From Patescibacteria group bacterium (GTDB taxonomy: Bacteria; Patescibacteriota; Microgenomatia; Levybacterales; UBA12049): DNA of 64,000 bases. Each line of letters opens with the position of its first letter. Position 1 is the first letter of the stretch. The position numbers and the translations under genes were made by a program. The notes beneath the pieces are model-generated. The model was not told the origin of the DNA, ran no database searches, and was given only the letters and a program-made list of their open reading frames with translations. Positions 57,183 to 64,000 of this stretch are shown here, one piece after another. The DNA is taken from contig JAMDAA010000015.1 in the NCBI GenBank assembly GCA_023484045.1, positions 8,659 to 72,658 on the forward strand, read 5' to 3'.

Positions 57183-57983
57183 TTAATCTTTTATAATAAA
57201 AAGAGTAAGAGTGTTTTTTATTGTTTGTTCTTTGACTTTTTCAAAGGGAATATTTTTAATTTTTGCGATCGATTCAGCCACTATTATAACATACTCTGGG
57301 CTATTTCTCGTACCCCGATGAGGTTCCGGAGTTAAAAAAGGGCTGTCTGTTTCTGTTAAAATCCGGTCGATCGGCGCGAACTTTGCAAGATCTTTAAGGC
57401 TAGTCGTTTCTCCTTTTGCTAAACCTTTGTAAGTTATGTTTCCATCGAATCCAATATAAAAGCCAAGATTAAGCACTTTCTTCAGGAATTCAATGTCTCC
57501 CGAAAAACAATGGAATACGCCCGGCGGATTTAAAAGATAAGATTTATGATTCAAGAGAATTTCTAAGATTTCTTTTCCTGCATGACGGTTATGGATTTGG
57601 AGCGGAAGTTCTAATTTATGCGCGATTTCGATTTGTTTTATAAATAAGGATTTCTGATTTTTTTGATCTGTAATTCCATTTGATTCATAATTAAAAAAAT
57701 CCAACCCGATTTCTCCGATCGCGACGACTTTTGGATGCTTTGCAAGTTCCTCAAGCTTATATATCCAATTCTTTTCGAGTTTGTCGGCATGATGAGGATG
57801 AATTCCGACGGTTGCGTAAAGCCCATCATATTTTTCAGCGATTTCAATAGCCTTTTTACTCGAATCAAGATCAGCTCCGACGTTAATAATTTTTGTAATC
57901 CCAGCTGCAAATGCCTTTTTAATCACTTCATCAACATCTTTTTCAAAAGCATGGAAATTCAAATGACAATGGGTATCGACCAT
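57183..57983 (-). CDS. tatD: TatD-family metal-dependent deoxyribonuclease
   Basis: 'MVDTHCHLNF', 'GEIGLDF', 'LPLQIHNR', 'GVFHCFSG', 'TETDSPFL'. Confidence 0.9.
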   Translation of the reverse strand: MVDTHCHLNFHAFEKDVDEVIKKAFAAGITKIINVGADLDSSKKAIEIAEKYDGLYATVGIHPHHADKLEKNWIYKLEELAKHPKVVAIGEIGLDFFNYESNGITDQKNQKSLFIKQIEIAHKLELPLQIHNRHAGKEILEILLNHKSYLLNPPGVFHCFSGDIEFLKKVLNLGFYIGFDGNITYKGLAKGETTSLKDLAKFAPIDRILTETDSPFLTPEPHRGTRNSPEYVIIVAESIAKIKNIPFEKVKEQTIKNTLTLFIIKD

Positions 57984-58061
57984 AATATTTAAAGAAAAGA
58001 TTATTGTTTTTTCTTGACAGACGAGATATAATATCCTACTCTGTAAATATAGATAAATAAC

Positions 58062-58259
58062 ATGAAAAAAACAACTCTTGGGAAAAGGTATACGATCTCA
58101 AAAAGTAAAATTCCAATAGCATACCTTATTGATTACATAAAGGAGGGTTTATCGATCTCTGATTTTATTTCTTCCTATCCATGGTTAAAGAAAAAAGATG
58201 TTGAGGATGCATTAGATGAAATAAAAAAGAGAGAATTTACCTCTCGATATGCCATCTAA
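58062..58259 (+). CDS. DUF433 family protein (antitoxin-like partner)
   Basis: 'IAYLIDYIKEGLSISDFISSYPWLKKKDVEDALDEI' matches the DUF433 pattern '..G.S.EEI...YP.LT.EDI.AAL'. Confidence 0.6.
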   Translation: MKKTTLGKRYTISKSKIPIAYLIDYIKEGLSISDFISSYPWLKKKDVEDALDEIKKREFTSRYAI

Positions 58260-58653
58260 AAAACCTCGTATTCAACTTTACGCTGACGAGTGTTTTCCTG
58301 TTCCCTCCGCAACTTATTTGAAATCGTTAGGTTATTCTGTGGTACATGCTTATGATAGAAACTATATCAAAAGAAGTGATTATTTCCACTTTTCAGTAAG
58401 TAAGAAATTAAACAGAACTCTTATAACTTTAGATCGCGACTTTATTAAATACGGAAAATTAAACGTGGAAAATTCTTTGGGAATTATTATTATTTCTACA
58501 GGAACTGCTACTTATTTGAGTGTTAATAAGGTTTGTAATAAATTATTAAAATTAATCAGCGAAGATTTTGTTAAAAATTCTTTAATCAAAGTGACTATAG
58601 ACAAGATAATTAAAATAAAGAATGGAAAAGTTGTAATGGAGAAAAAGCTGTAA
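58249..58653 (+). CDS. DUF5615 (PIN-like/Mut7-C fold) protein, toxin-like partner of the DUF433 protein
   Basis: 'IQLYADECFP...LKSLGYSVVHA' and 'RTLITLDRDF' fit DUF5615. Overlaps the DUF433 gene by 11 bp. Confidence 0.55.
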   Translation: MPSKKPRIQLYADECFPVPSATYLKSLGYSVVHAYDRNYIKRSDYFHFSVSKKLNRTLITLDRDFIKYGKLNVENSLGIIIISTGTATYLSVNKVCNKLLKLISEDFVKNSLIKVTIDKIIKIKNGKVVMEKKL

Positions 58654-58699
58654 TTTAAATTAAACTTTTATCAACTTTTAGGTATAATTATTTACAATT

Positions 58700-59230
58700 A
58701 TGAAAATAGTGGTTGGGTCGAAAAATCCGACAAAAATACAAGCAGCAAAAGAAGCATTTTTGATGGTTTTTCCGAATAAAAAATGGGAAGTCGTTGGGAT
58801 TGATGTTGAATCTGGGGTCGTAAGCCAGCCGATGAGCGATGACGAAAGCATAAAAGGCGCCAGAAACAGGGCAAAAGCTGCGATAAAAAAAATTAAGGCA
58901 AATTATGGGGTTGGACTCGAAGGCGGATTACAAAAAATCGATGGAATGTGGTTTGATTGCGGATGGATCGTAATTATTGATAAAGAAGGAAACGAAGGGA
59001 TTGGGTCGACGATAAAAATGCACACGCCAAAGAAATTCATGAAACTTATAGATAAGGGCATAGAACTGGGTATTGTAAACGACATGATATTTAAGACAAA
59101 AAACTCAAAACACGCCGAAGGGCACTTCGGGCTAATGACGAATGGAGCGATTACTAGAACAAAAGGCTATAGAGACGGAGTTATTTCGGCCCTTAGCCGA
59201 TTCATCCATCCGGAATTATTTAAAAAATGA
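58700..59230 (+). CDS. Non-canonical purine NTP phosphatase (YjjX/DUF84, inosine/xanthosine triphosphatase-like)
   Basis: 'MKIVVGSKNPTKIQAAKEAF' N-terminal P-loop-like motif of YjjX. About 175 aa. Confidence 0.65.
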   Translation: MKIVVGSKNPTKIQAAKEAFLMVFPNKKWEVVGIDVESGVVSQPMSDDESIKGARNRAKAAIKKIKANYGVGLEGGLQKIDGMWFDCGWIVIIDKEGNEGIGSTIKMHTPKKFMKLIDKGIELGIVNDMIFKTKNSKHAEGHFGLMTNGAITRTKGYRDGVISALSRFIHPELFKK

Positions 59231-59298
59231 GAGTAGTTAAATAGAAAGGGTGTAAAGCTATAACACTTGAAGGGTGTGAAGTACATAAGAACCTATAG

Positions 59299-60129
59299 TT
59301 GCATTGGATAGGCAATTATGCCATAATCCTTTTTCTACTTATGTCACTGCCAGAGCCCGAAGCAAAAGCTATCAAGGAAAGAATCGCTGAACATGAAAAT
59401 ACAGCAGAGATTCTTTGGGGGCAAGGAAGTACAGCATACTGCGGTGTTCCCATCAAGTTACATCCAGAGTTTAAAAGGGCTTTTATCAGAAGACAGCCTT
59501 TTTTTAAAGATCAGTTTCCTAAACGCCAATTTCATAAAATGACAGATAGTTTATGCGTGTGCATTGATAAAAGTACCTCATTACTCGCTGCTTTTCCAGG
59601 ATTACAAATAGCTTTTGAAGACAAAACTGCTAAGTTTGGAACTACTAGTACAGAAGTTGTTGTAAACGGTGCTTATATTGCTACTATACAATCACAAACA
59701 ATATATATCTCATCAATCGAGCGACCGGAAGAATCGGTAGAGGATGTTTTTTCTCATGAGTTTGGTCACCACATCCACTTTTATTTTACTCCGGAGCAGC
59801 ATATGGAGTTTTTTGAGCGACAACAATGGTATGTAGGTGACGGTCGTTACCGAAGAGTCGCAACGCCAAGTGATATTATCTCTGAAAAATACACCAATAA
59901 AGAGATAAGTACGCCGCGTTGGGAGCTATTCGACAAGTATGGAATAATAAGAAATCAATATAGATATGTTCATCCACATGAAATGGTCGCTACGGTCGTT
60001 GAGGAAAATTGGAGAAACTTACTACAATTTCTTCAGTTAACTGGTGAATCCAACCAAACAGGAATAATTAGGTTTATTCTAGATAAAATTCCTTTGGTTC
60101 CAAATAGTACATCTGAAATTAGAACTTAA
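59299..60129 (+). CDS. Hypothetical HExxH-motif protein (putative metallopeptidase-like), possibly secreted
   Basis: 'FSHEFGHHIHFYF'. Hydrophobic N-terminus. Codon usage looks slightly GC-richer than its neighbours (qualitative). Confidence 0.45.
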   Translation: MHWIGNYAIILFLLMSLPEPEAKAIKERIAEHENTAEILWGQGSTAYCGVPIKLHPEFKRAFIRRQPFFKDQFPKRQFHKMTDSLCVCIDKSTSLLAAFPGLQIAFEDKTAKFGTTSTEVVVNGAYIATIQSQTIYISSIERPEESVEDVFSHEFGHHIHFYFTPEQHMEFFERQQWYVGDGRYRRVATPSDIISEKYTNKEISTPRWELFDKYGIIRNQYRYVHPHEMVATVVEENWRNLLQFLQLTGESNQTGIIRFILDKIPLVPNSTSEIRT

Positions 60130-60171
60130 TTGAATACTATTTAGAGAAAAAGATTTGCATTTCAGAATAAC

Positions 60172-61581
60172 TTAAATTCTTGGGAAAAGGGGAGGTTGAG
60201 ATTTAATCTGATTTTCAGAAAATTGTTTTTCGATTTTTTCGGCAGTTTCGGGCAAGAAAGGTTTTAGATTAAATGCGATATTTTGAATTTCAATAACATA
60301 GTTTTTTAATTTATTTTTCGCCTCATCCCTGTTTAATTCCCACGGTTTTTCTTCGTTAATTTTTTTATCAACATCTGTTATTTTTCTCCAAATCTCTTTT
60401 AATCCATCGTTTAATCGATATTCACGAATCGCTTTTTCGACATTTTCGTCAAATTTCACTTCAAAATTTTCCCCCTCGACTCCATTTTTTTCGCAAAGTT
60501 TTGCGACTCGAGCAACTAAGTTTCCCAATCCATTTGCTAAATCAGAATTATAAGCTTGTTTTAATTTTTCTTCTGAAACATCACTGTCTTCGGTTACTGT
60601 GCAATAGCGCAAAAGATAATATCTCACGCCGTCTGTCCCATATTTTTTAACCCATTCAGAAGGTCGAATAATATTACCAAGAGATTTACTGATTTTTTCG
60701 CCGTTTAATTTTAAAAATCCATTAACAAGAATTGTCTTTGGAAGTTCGATTCCCGCTGATTTTAGCATCGCCGGCCACAAAAGCGAATGCCAGCGCAGAT
60801 TATCTTTTCCTAAAACATGAACGTCAGCCGGCCAGAATTTTTCAAACAGAGTTTCGTCTTCCAAAAAACCAACGCCGGTTAAATAATTTATTAATGCGTC
60901 AAACCAAACGTAAATTACCTGACCTGGATCATTTGGTACTTTAATTCCCCAGGTAAAATTAGTGCGTGATACAGGAACATCTTTAATGTTTTTTGCAAAT
61001 TCGAGCATTTCGTTTCTCCGCGCTTTTGGAAAAATAGAATCTTGATTTTTTTTGATGTGGTCGATCAAAAAATTGCTATATTTTGACCATTTAAAAAAAT
61101 AATTTTTTTCTGTTATTTTTTTAACTTCAAGATTTAAATGAAGGGGACATTTCCCGTTTTTTAGATCATCTTCAAAATAATACGCCTCGCACCCTTCACA
61201 ATATATTCCCGTGTATTCTCCGAGATAAATGTCATCGTTATTATTCACCCTGTTCCATATTTCCGAAACTACTTTTTCGTGATCTGGATCGGTTGTTCTT
61301 ATAAACCTGTCATAAGAAATATTTAGAGAATCTTGTTCTTTTTGATCGGTGTCAGAGATCTCTTTTACGAACTCGGCAGGGGAAACACCCTTGTCTTTTG
61401 CCGCTTTTTCCGATTTTTTGCCATACTCGTCCGTGCCGGTTAGAAAAAAAACATTTTCTTTTCCGATTTTTATTCGATAGTACCGCGCTAAAACATCGGC
61501 GATTATCTTTTGAAAAGCGTGGCCGATGTGGATAGTGTCGTTTACGTAATCGATAGCTGTTGTTACATAAAATTTATTCAT
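60172..61581 (-). CDS. metG: Methionine--tRNA ligase (short form)
   Basis: 'YVTTAIDYVNDTIHIGHA' (HIGH), Zn-knuckle 'CEGCEAYYFEDDLKNGKCPLH', 'KISKSLGN' (KMSKS). Confidence 0.9.
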   Translation of the reverse strand: MNKFYVTTAIDYVNDTIHIGHAFQKIIADVLARYYRIKIGKENVFFLTGTDEYGKKSEKAAKDKGVSPAEFVKEISDTDQKEQDSLNISYDRFIRTTDPDHEKVVSEIWNRVNNNDDIYLGEYTGIYCEGCEAYYFEDDLKNGKCPLHLNLEVKKITEKNYFFKWSKYSNFLIDHIKKNQDSIFPKARRNEMLEFAKNIKDVPVSRTNFTWGIKVPNDPGQVIYVWFDALINYLTGVGFLEDETLFEKFWPADVHVLGKDNLRWHSLLWPAMLKSAGIELPKTILVNGFLKLNGEKISKSLGNIIRPSEWVKKYGTDGVRYYLLRYCTVTEDSDVSEEKLKQAYNSDLANGLGNLVARVAKLCEKNGVEGENFEVKFDENVEKAIREYRLNDGLKEIWRKITDVDKKINEEKPWELNRDEAKNKLKNYVIEIQNIAFNLKPFLPETAEKIEKQFSENQIKSQPPLFPRI

Positions 61582-61651
61582 ATATTAAGAAATTCTACCA
61601 GAAAATGAGATTACACACAACGATTATAGTTCAATGATTTGAACCATTAAA

Positions 61652-62110
61652 CTATAATAAATGTCTTCGGAGTCTTCTTTTGAATATTTCCTTTCCTTTT
61701 TTTTGTTTCTTTTCAAATCCTATACTGCCATACATTTTTGGAGGAGATAGTTTAAGCAGTAATTCCTCTATTTTATCGACAAACTCTTCTTTTTTCTGAT
61801 TCACAAAAATTTTATTAATGACTTTTTGATATCCGCTTTTGCCATGTTTTAGAAAGTAGGAAACATTCATAATGGTCGGTCTTGAAACTTTTATTTTATC
61901 GACTATTTCGTCGTAAGTATAATTTCTTGAAAGAAGTATCGCTATGGCCAACCGCTTTGTTAACATAACCTTTTCTGTTGGAGAGAGAAGGTCTTCTATG
62001 AAATTTTGGGCGTCGGTCGGATTTTTAAGTTCTATAACCGTTTCGATAAATAATCGAAAAATAGATTCCGCGAGCTCCCTATTAAGAATTCTTCTAGATA
62101 TTCTCCCCAT
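61652..62110 (-). CDS. TrpR/YerC/YecD-family small DNA-binding protein
   Basis: 'EDLLSPTEKVMLTKRLAIAILLSRNYTYDEIVDKIKVSRPTIMNVSYFLKHG' is a TrpR-like HTH core. Confidence 0.6.
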   Translation of the reverse strand: MGRISRRILNRELAESIFRLFIETVIELKNPTDAQNFIEDLLSPTEKVMLTKRLAIAILLSRNYTYDEIVDKIKVSRPTIMNVSYFLKHGKSGYQKVINKIFVNQKKEEFVDKIEELLLKLSPPKMYGSIGFEKKQKKGKEIFKRRLRRHLL

Positions 62111-62194
62111 TCAGTTCAATAGTTTGAACCATTGAACTAAATTTGTCAAGATTTAATATTTCAATATTAAGATTCATTAAGATTATTGTTAAGA

Positions 62195-62533
62195 TTATTG
62201 CTTGCGGCTGAAGAAAAGCTCGATGGTTAGAAAGAGCGCGATTAAAACGATTAGAAAGAATACATGTGTTAAGTTCAATAGTCTTAAAATAAGAAAACTT
62301 ATAACAAATAATCCAAGCAGTAATCCCCGTCGAAAGTTACTCAAAACTAAAGCTATCAAAAAACTGATTAGAAAAAATAAGGTTGTTAAAAATAAGGGAA
62401 TGATCGGGATTTTAAGATCGAATAAAGATAATTTAGAATCAGGAGACAAAAATAATAACAAATATAAAAATAACCCCAAAAAAATAATAGTTGAGAGTAA
62501 ATTAATAAACCTCTGCCTTCTTTTCTTCCGCAT
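62195..62533 (-). CDS. Small polytopic membrane protein
   Basis: 112 aa, 3-4 TM segments. Preferred over the Lys-rich antisense ORF at 62202..62546. Confidence 0.35.
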   Translation of the reverse strand: MRKKRRQRFINLLSTIIFLGLFLYLLLFLSPDSKLSLFDLKIPIIPLFLTTLFFLISFLIALVLSNFRRGLLLGLFVISFLILRLLNLTHVFFLIVLIALFLTIELFFSRKQ

Positions 62534-62574
62534 AGATTTAGTTTAACATAAAAGCTATAATAGGCCCATCAAAT

Positions 62575-63240
62575 ATGACTCAAAAACAAATTAAAATTAT
62601 CGAAAAAGTAAAATCAGAAGTTAAAAAATCTTTAAAAAATGATTCGACCGGTCATGATTATTGGCACGCGGAAAGGGTCAGAAAAATGGCCAGAAGAATT
62701 GTTGAAACAGAAAAAGTGAAAGTTAATTTATTTGTAGTAGAATTAGCATCCCTTTTGCATGATATTGCGGATTGGAAGTTTTATGAAGGCGATTTGGAAG
62801 TCGGACCAAAAAAAGCAAAGAAAATGCTGTCTCGATATAAAGTAGAAAAAAAAGTAGTCGATCACGTTGTCAAAATAATCAAAAACATTTCTTTTAAAGG
62901 CGCAGGGGTTTTAAATACGATGAGAACTTTAGAAGGTAAAATAGTTCAGGATGCGGACAAACTTGATGCTATAGGTGCAATCGGGATTGCGAGGATTTTT
63001 GCATTCGGCGGAAAAATGAATTTTCCGATTCACGATCCAAACATAAAGCTAACATTTCATAAAACTTTCGAGGAATATAAAACAAAATCGACAACCACGA
63101 TTAATCACTTTTATGAAAAATTGCTTTTACTGAGGGACAGAATGAATACAAAAACAGGAAGAGAGATTGCAGAAAAGAGACATAAGTTTCTGAAGCGTTA
63201 TTTAGATAGATTTTTAGAGGAATGGGAAGGGAAGAATTGA
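62575..63240 (+). CDS. HD-domain phosphohydrolase
   Basis: 'GHDYWHAERV', 'LLHDIAD', 'QDADKLDAIGAIGIARIFAF' (H...HD...D metal ligands). Confidence 0.8.
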   Translation: MTQKQIKIIEKVKSEVKKSLKNDSTGHDYWHAERVRKMARRIVETEKVKVNLFVVELASLLHDIADWKFYEGDLEVGPKKAKKMLSRYKVEKKVVDHVVKIIKNISFKGAGVLNTMRTLEGKIVQDADKLDAIGAIGIARIFAFGGKMNFPIHDPNIKLTFHKTFEEYKTKSTTTINHFYEKLLLLRDRMNTKTGREIAEKRHKFLKRYLDRFLEEWEGKN

Positions 63241-63322
63241 CTTCTTGACCCTCCTAATCTTAGCATTCGCCTTACCTACTATTCGTAGCGCGGCTCATGC
63301 TGCGATTTTAGGAAGGGTCGGC

Positions 63323-63340
63323 GCCCCAATAAATTGGGGC
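63323..63340 (+). terminator. GC-rich perfect palindrome GCCCCAATAAATTGGGGC after the HD gene (terminator-like or protein-binding)
   Basis: Seen directly. Not followed by a T-run (TTGACAAG follows), so it is not a canonical intrinsic terminator. Confidence 0.35.
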
Positions 63341-63378
63341 TTGACAAGAAATTGGCAGTCATGTTAAGATACTGCTAA
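63341..63378 (+). promoter_or_regulatory. hrcA promoter (TTGACA-17 nt-TTAAGAT) overlapped by CIRCE-like inverted repeat TTGGCAGTC-N9-TACTGCTAA
   Basis: Both half-sites match TTAGCACTC/GAGTGCTAA at 7 of 9 positions. The arms are mutually complementary at 7 of 8 positions. Confidence 0.5.
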
Positions 63379-63430
63379 TCCTTCGACAAGCTCAGGATCT
63401 TCGATCCTCAACGAGCTCAGGATTTTCAAT

Positions 63431-64000
63431 ATGCATGATTTAACTCAACGACAAGTCGAAATATTAAAAAGCGTAATCGAAGAATACATCGAAACCGCAG
63501 AACCTGTTGGTTCTGAAACCCTCGAAAAAAAACACAGTTTAAGTACGTCTCCGGCGACGATCAGAAACGAAATGGTCCGGCTCACAGAGCTAGGATATCT
63601 TAAAAAACAGCATGTTTCTGCGGGTCGTGTCCCGACCCCAAAGGGAATGAAATTTTACGTCAGACAGCTCATGAAAGAAAAAGAGCTTTCGACAGCAGAA
63701 GAAGTCGCAGTAAAAGAAGGGCTTTGGGATTATCGTAATCAGACGGATAAATTTATGAGAGAACTCACAAAATCATTAGCAGAAAAAACAAAAGCTTTGG
63801 CCATTGTTACGACTGATCAAGGTGATTTCTATTGCGCGGGTTACGCAAATATTTTGGAAATGCCCGAATTTTTTGACATAAATATCACAAGATCGCTTCT
63901 TGAGATGCTTGACGAATCGGACTATTTCATTAAAAATTTTATGGACATACAAGACGAAGAAGATGTTCATATTTTTTTAGAAGATGAATTAGGGCCCAAA
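63431..64000 (+). CDS. hrcA: Heat-inducible transcription repressor HrcA (3'-truncated by the window edge)
   Basis: 'LTQRQVEILKSVIEEYIETAEPVGSETLEKKHSLSTSPATIRNEMVRLTELGYL' is the canonical HrcA N-terminal winged helix. Confidence 0.85.
   Translation, partial: MHDLTQRQVEILKSVIEEYIETAEPVGSETLEKKHSLSTSPATIRNEMVRLTELGYLKKQHVSAGRVPTPKGMKFYVRQLMKEKELSTAEEVAVKEGLWDYRNQTDKFMRELTKSLAEKTKALAIVTTDQGDFYCAGYANILEMPEFFDINITRSLLEMLDESDYFIKNFMDIQDEEDVHIFLEDELGPK

Noticed and set aside
58014-58019. TTGACA box upstream of the DUF433 gene as a promoter.
   Set aside because: The best TATAAT-like hexamer is only about 9 nt downstream, so the spacing is incompatible with a sigma70-type promoter.
62202-62546. 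114-aa extremely Lys-rich plus-strand ORF.
   Set aside because: It is the antisense reading of a Phe/Leu-rich membrane protein (AAA vs TTT codons). Low-complexity artefact.

Overview
The window is visibly AT-rich and gene-dense. Coding is compact, many genes overlap by about 4 bp, and there are many polytopic membrane proteins and Pro/Thr-linker surface proteins. I infer a Patescibacteria/CPR-like or similarly reduced bacterium; this is an inference, not a computed result.

Recognisable housekeeping genes:
- UvrD/PcrA helicase
- tpiA
- LCP-family protein
- rpsT (hidden inside a spurious 5' extension of the murJ ORF)
- murJ
- PurN-like formyltransferase
- lepA
- MacAB-like efflux operon
- groES-groEL
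- TatD
- metG
- 5'-partial hrcA
- one tRNA-Asn(GUU)

Accessory or notable content:
- nickel superoxide dismutase sodN with its S26 maturation peptidase sodX
- ArsM-like methyltransferase in an operon with a small AbrB/SpoVT-type protein, next to DJ-1/PfpI and a dual-specificity phosphatase
- a second AbrB/SpoVT paralog heading the MacAB-like operon behind a near-consensus promoter and palindrome
- pilN-pilO fused to an operon of a surface protein, a Rossmann-FAD oxidoreductase, two GT-C (ArnT/PMT-like) glycosyltransferases and a DUF2298-like protein
- a second envelope-glycan operon: UbiA-family (decaprenyl-P-ribose-synthase-like), WecA/MraY-family, GT-C and a processive QxxRW GT2
- choloylglycine-hydrolase-family Ntn hydrolase, GH5-like hydrolase, Rpf-like transglycosylase, VanW-like protein, FemAB-family protein
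- a DUF433/DUF5615 toxin-antitoxin-like pair
- a TrpR/YerC-family gene bracketed by two near-identical 26-bp palindromes
- CIRCE-like operators in front of groES and hrcA

The most unusual sequence-level signal is a family of short GC-rich palindromic cores flanked by AT-rich direct repeats, embedded in-frame in conserved genes (tpiA, femAB-like, lepA, hlyD-like).

No CRISPR array, transposase or integrase was seen.
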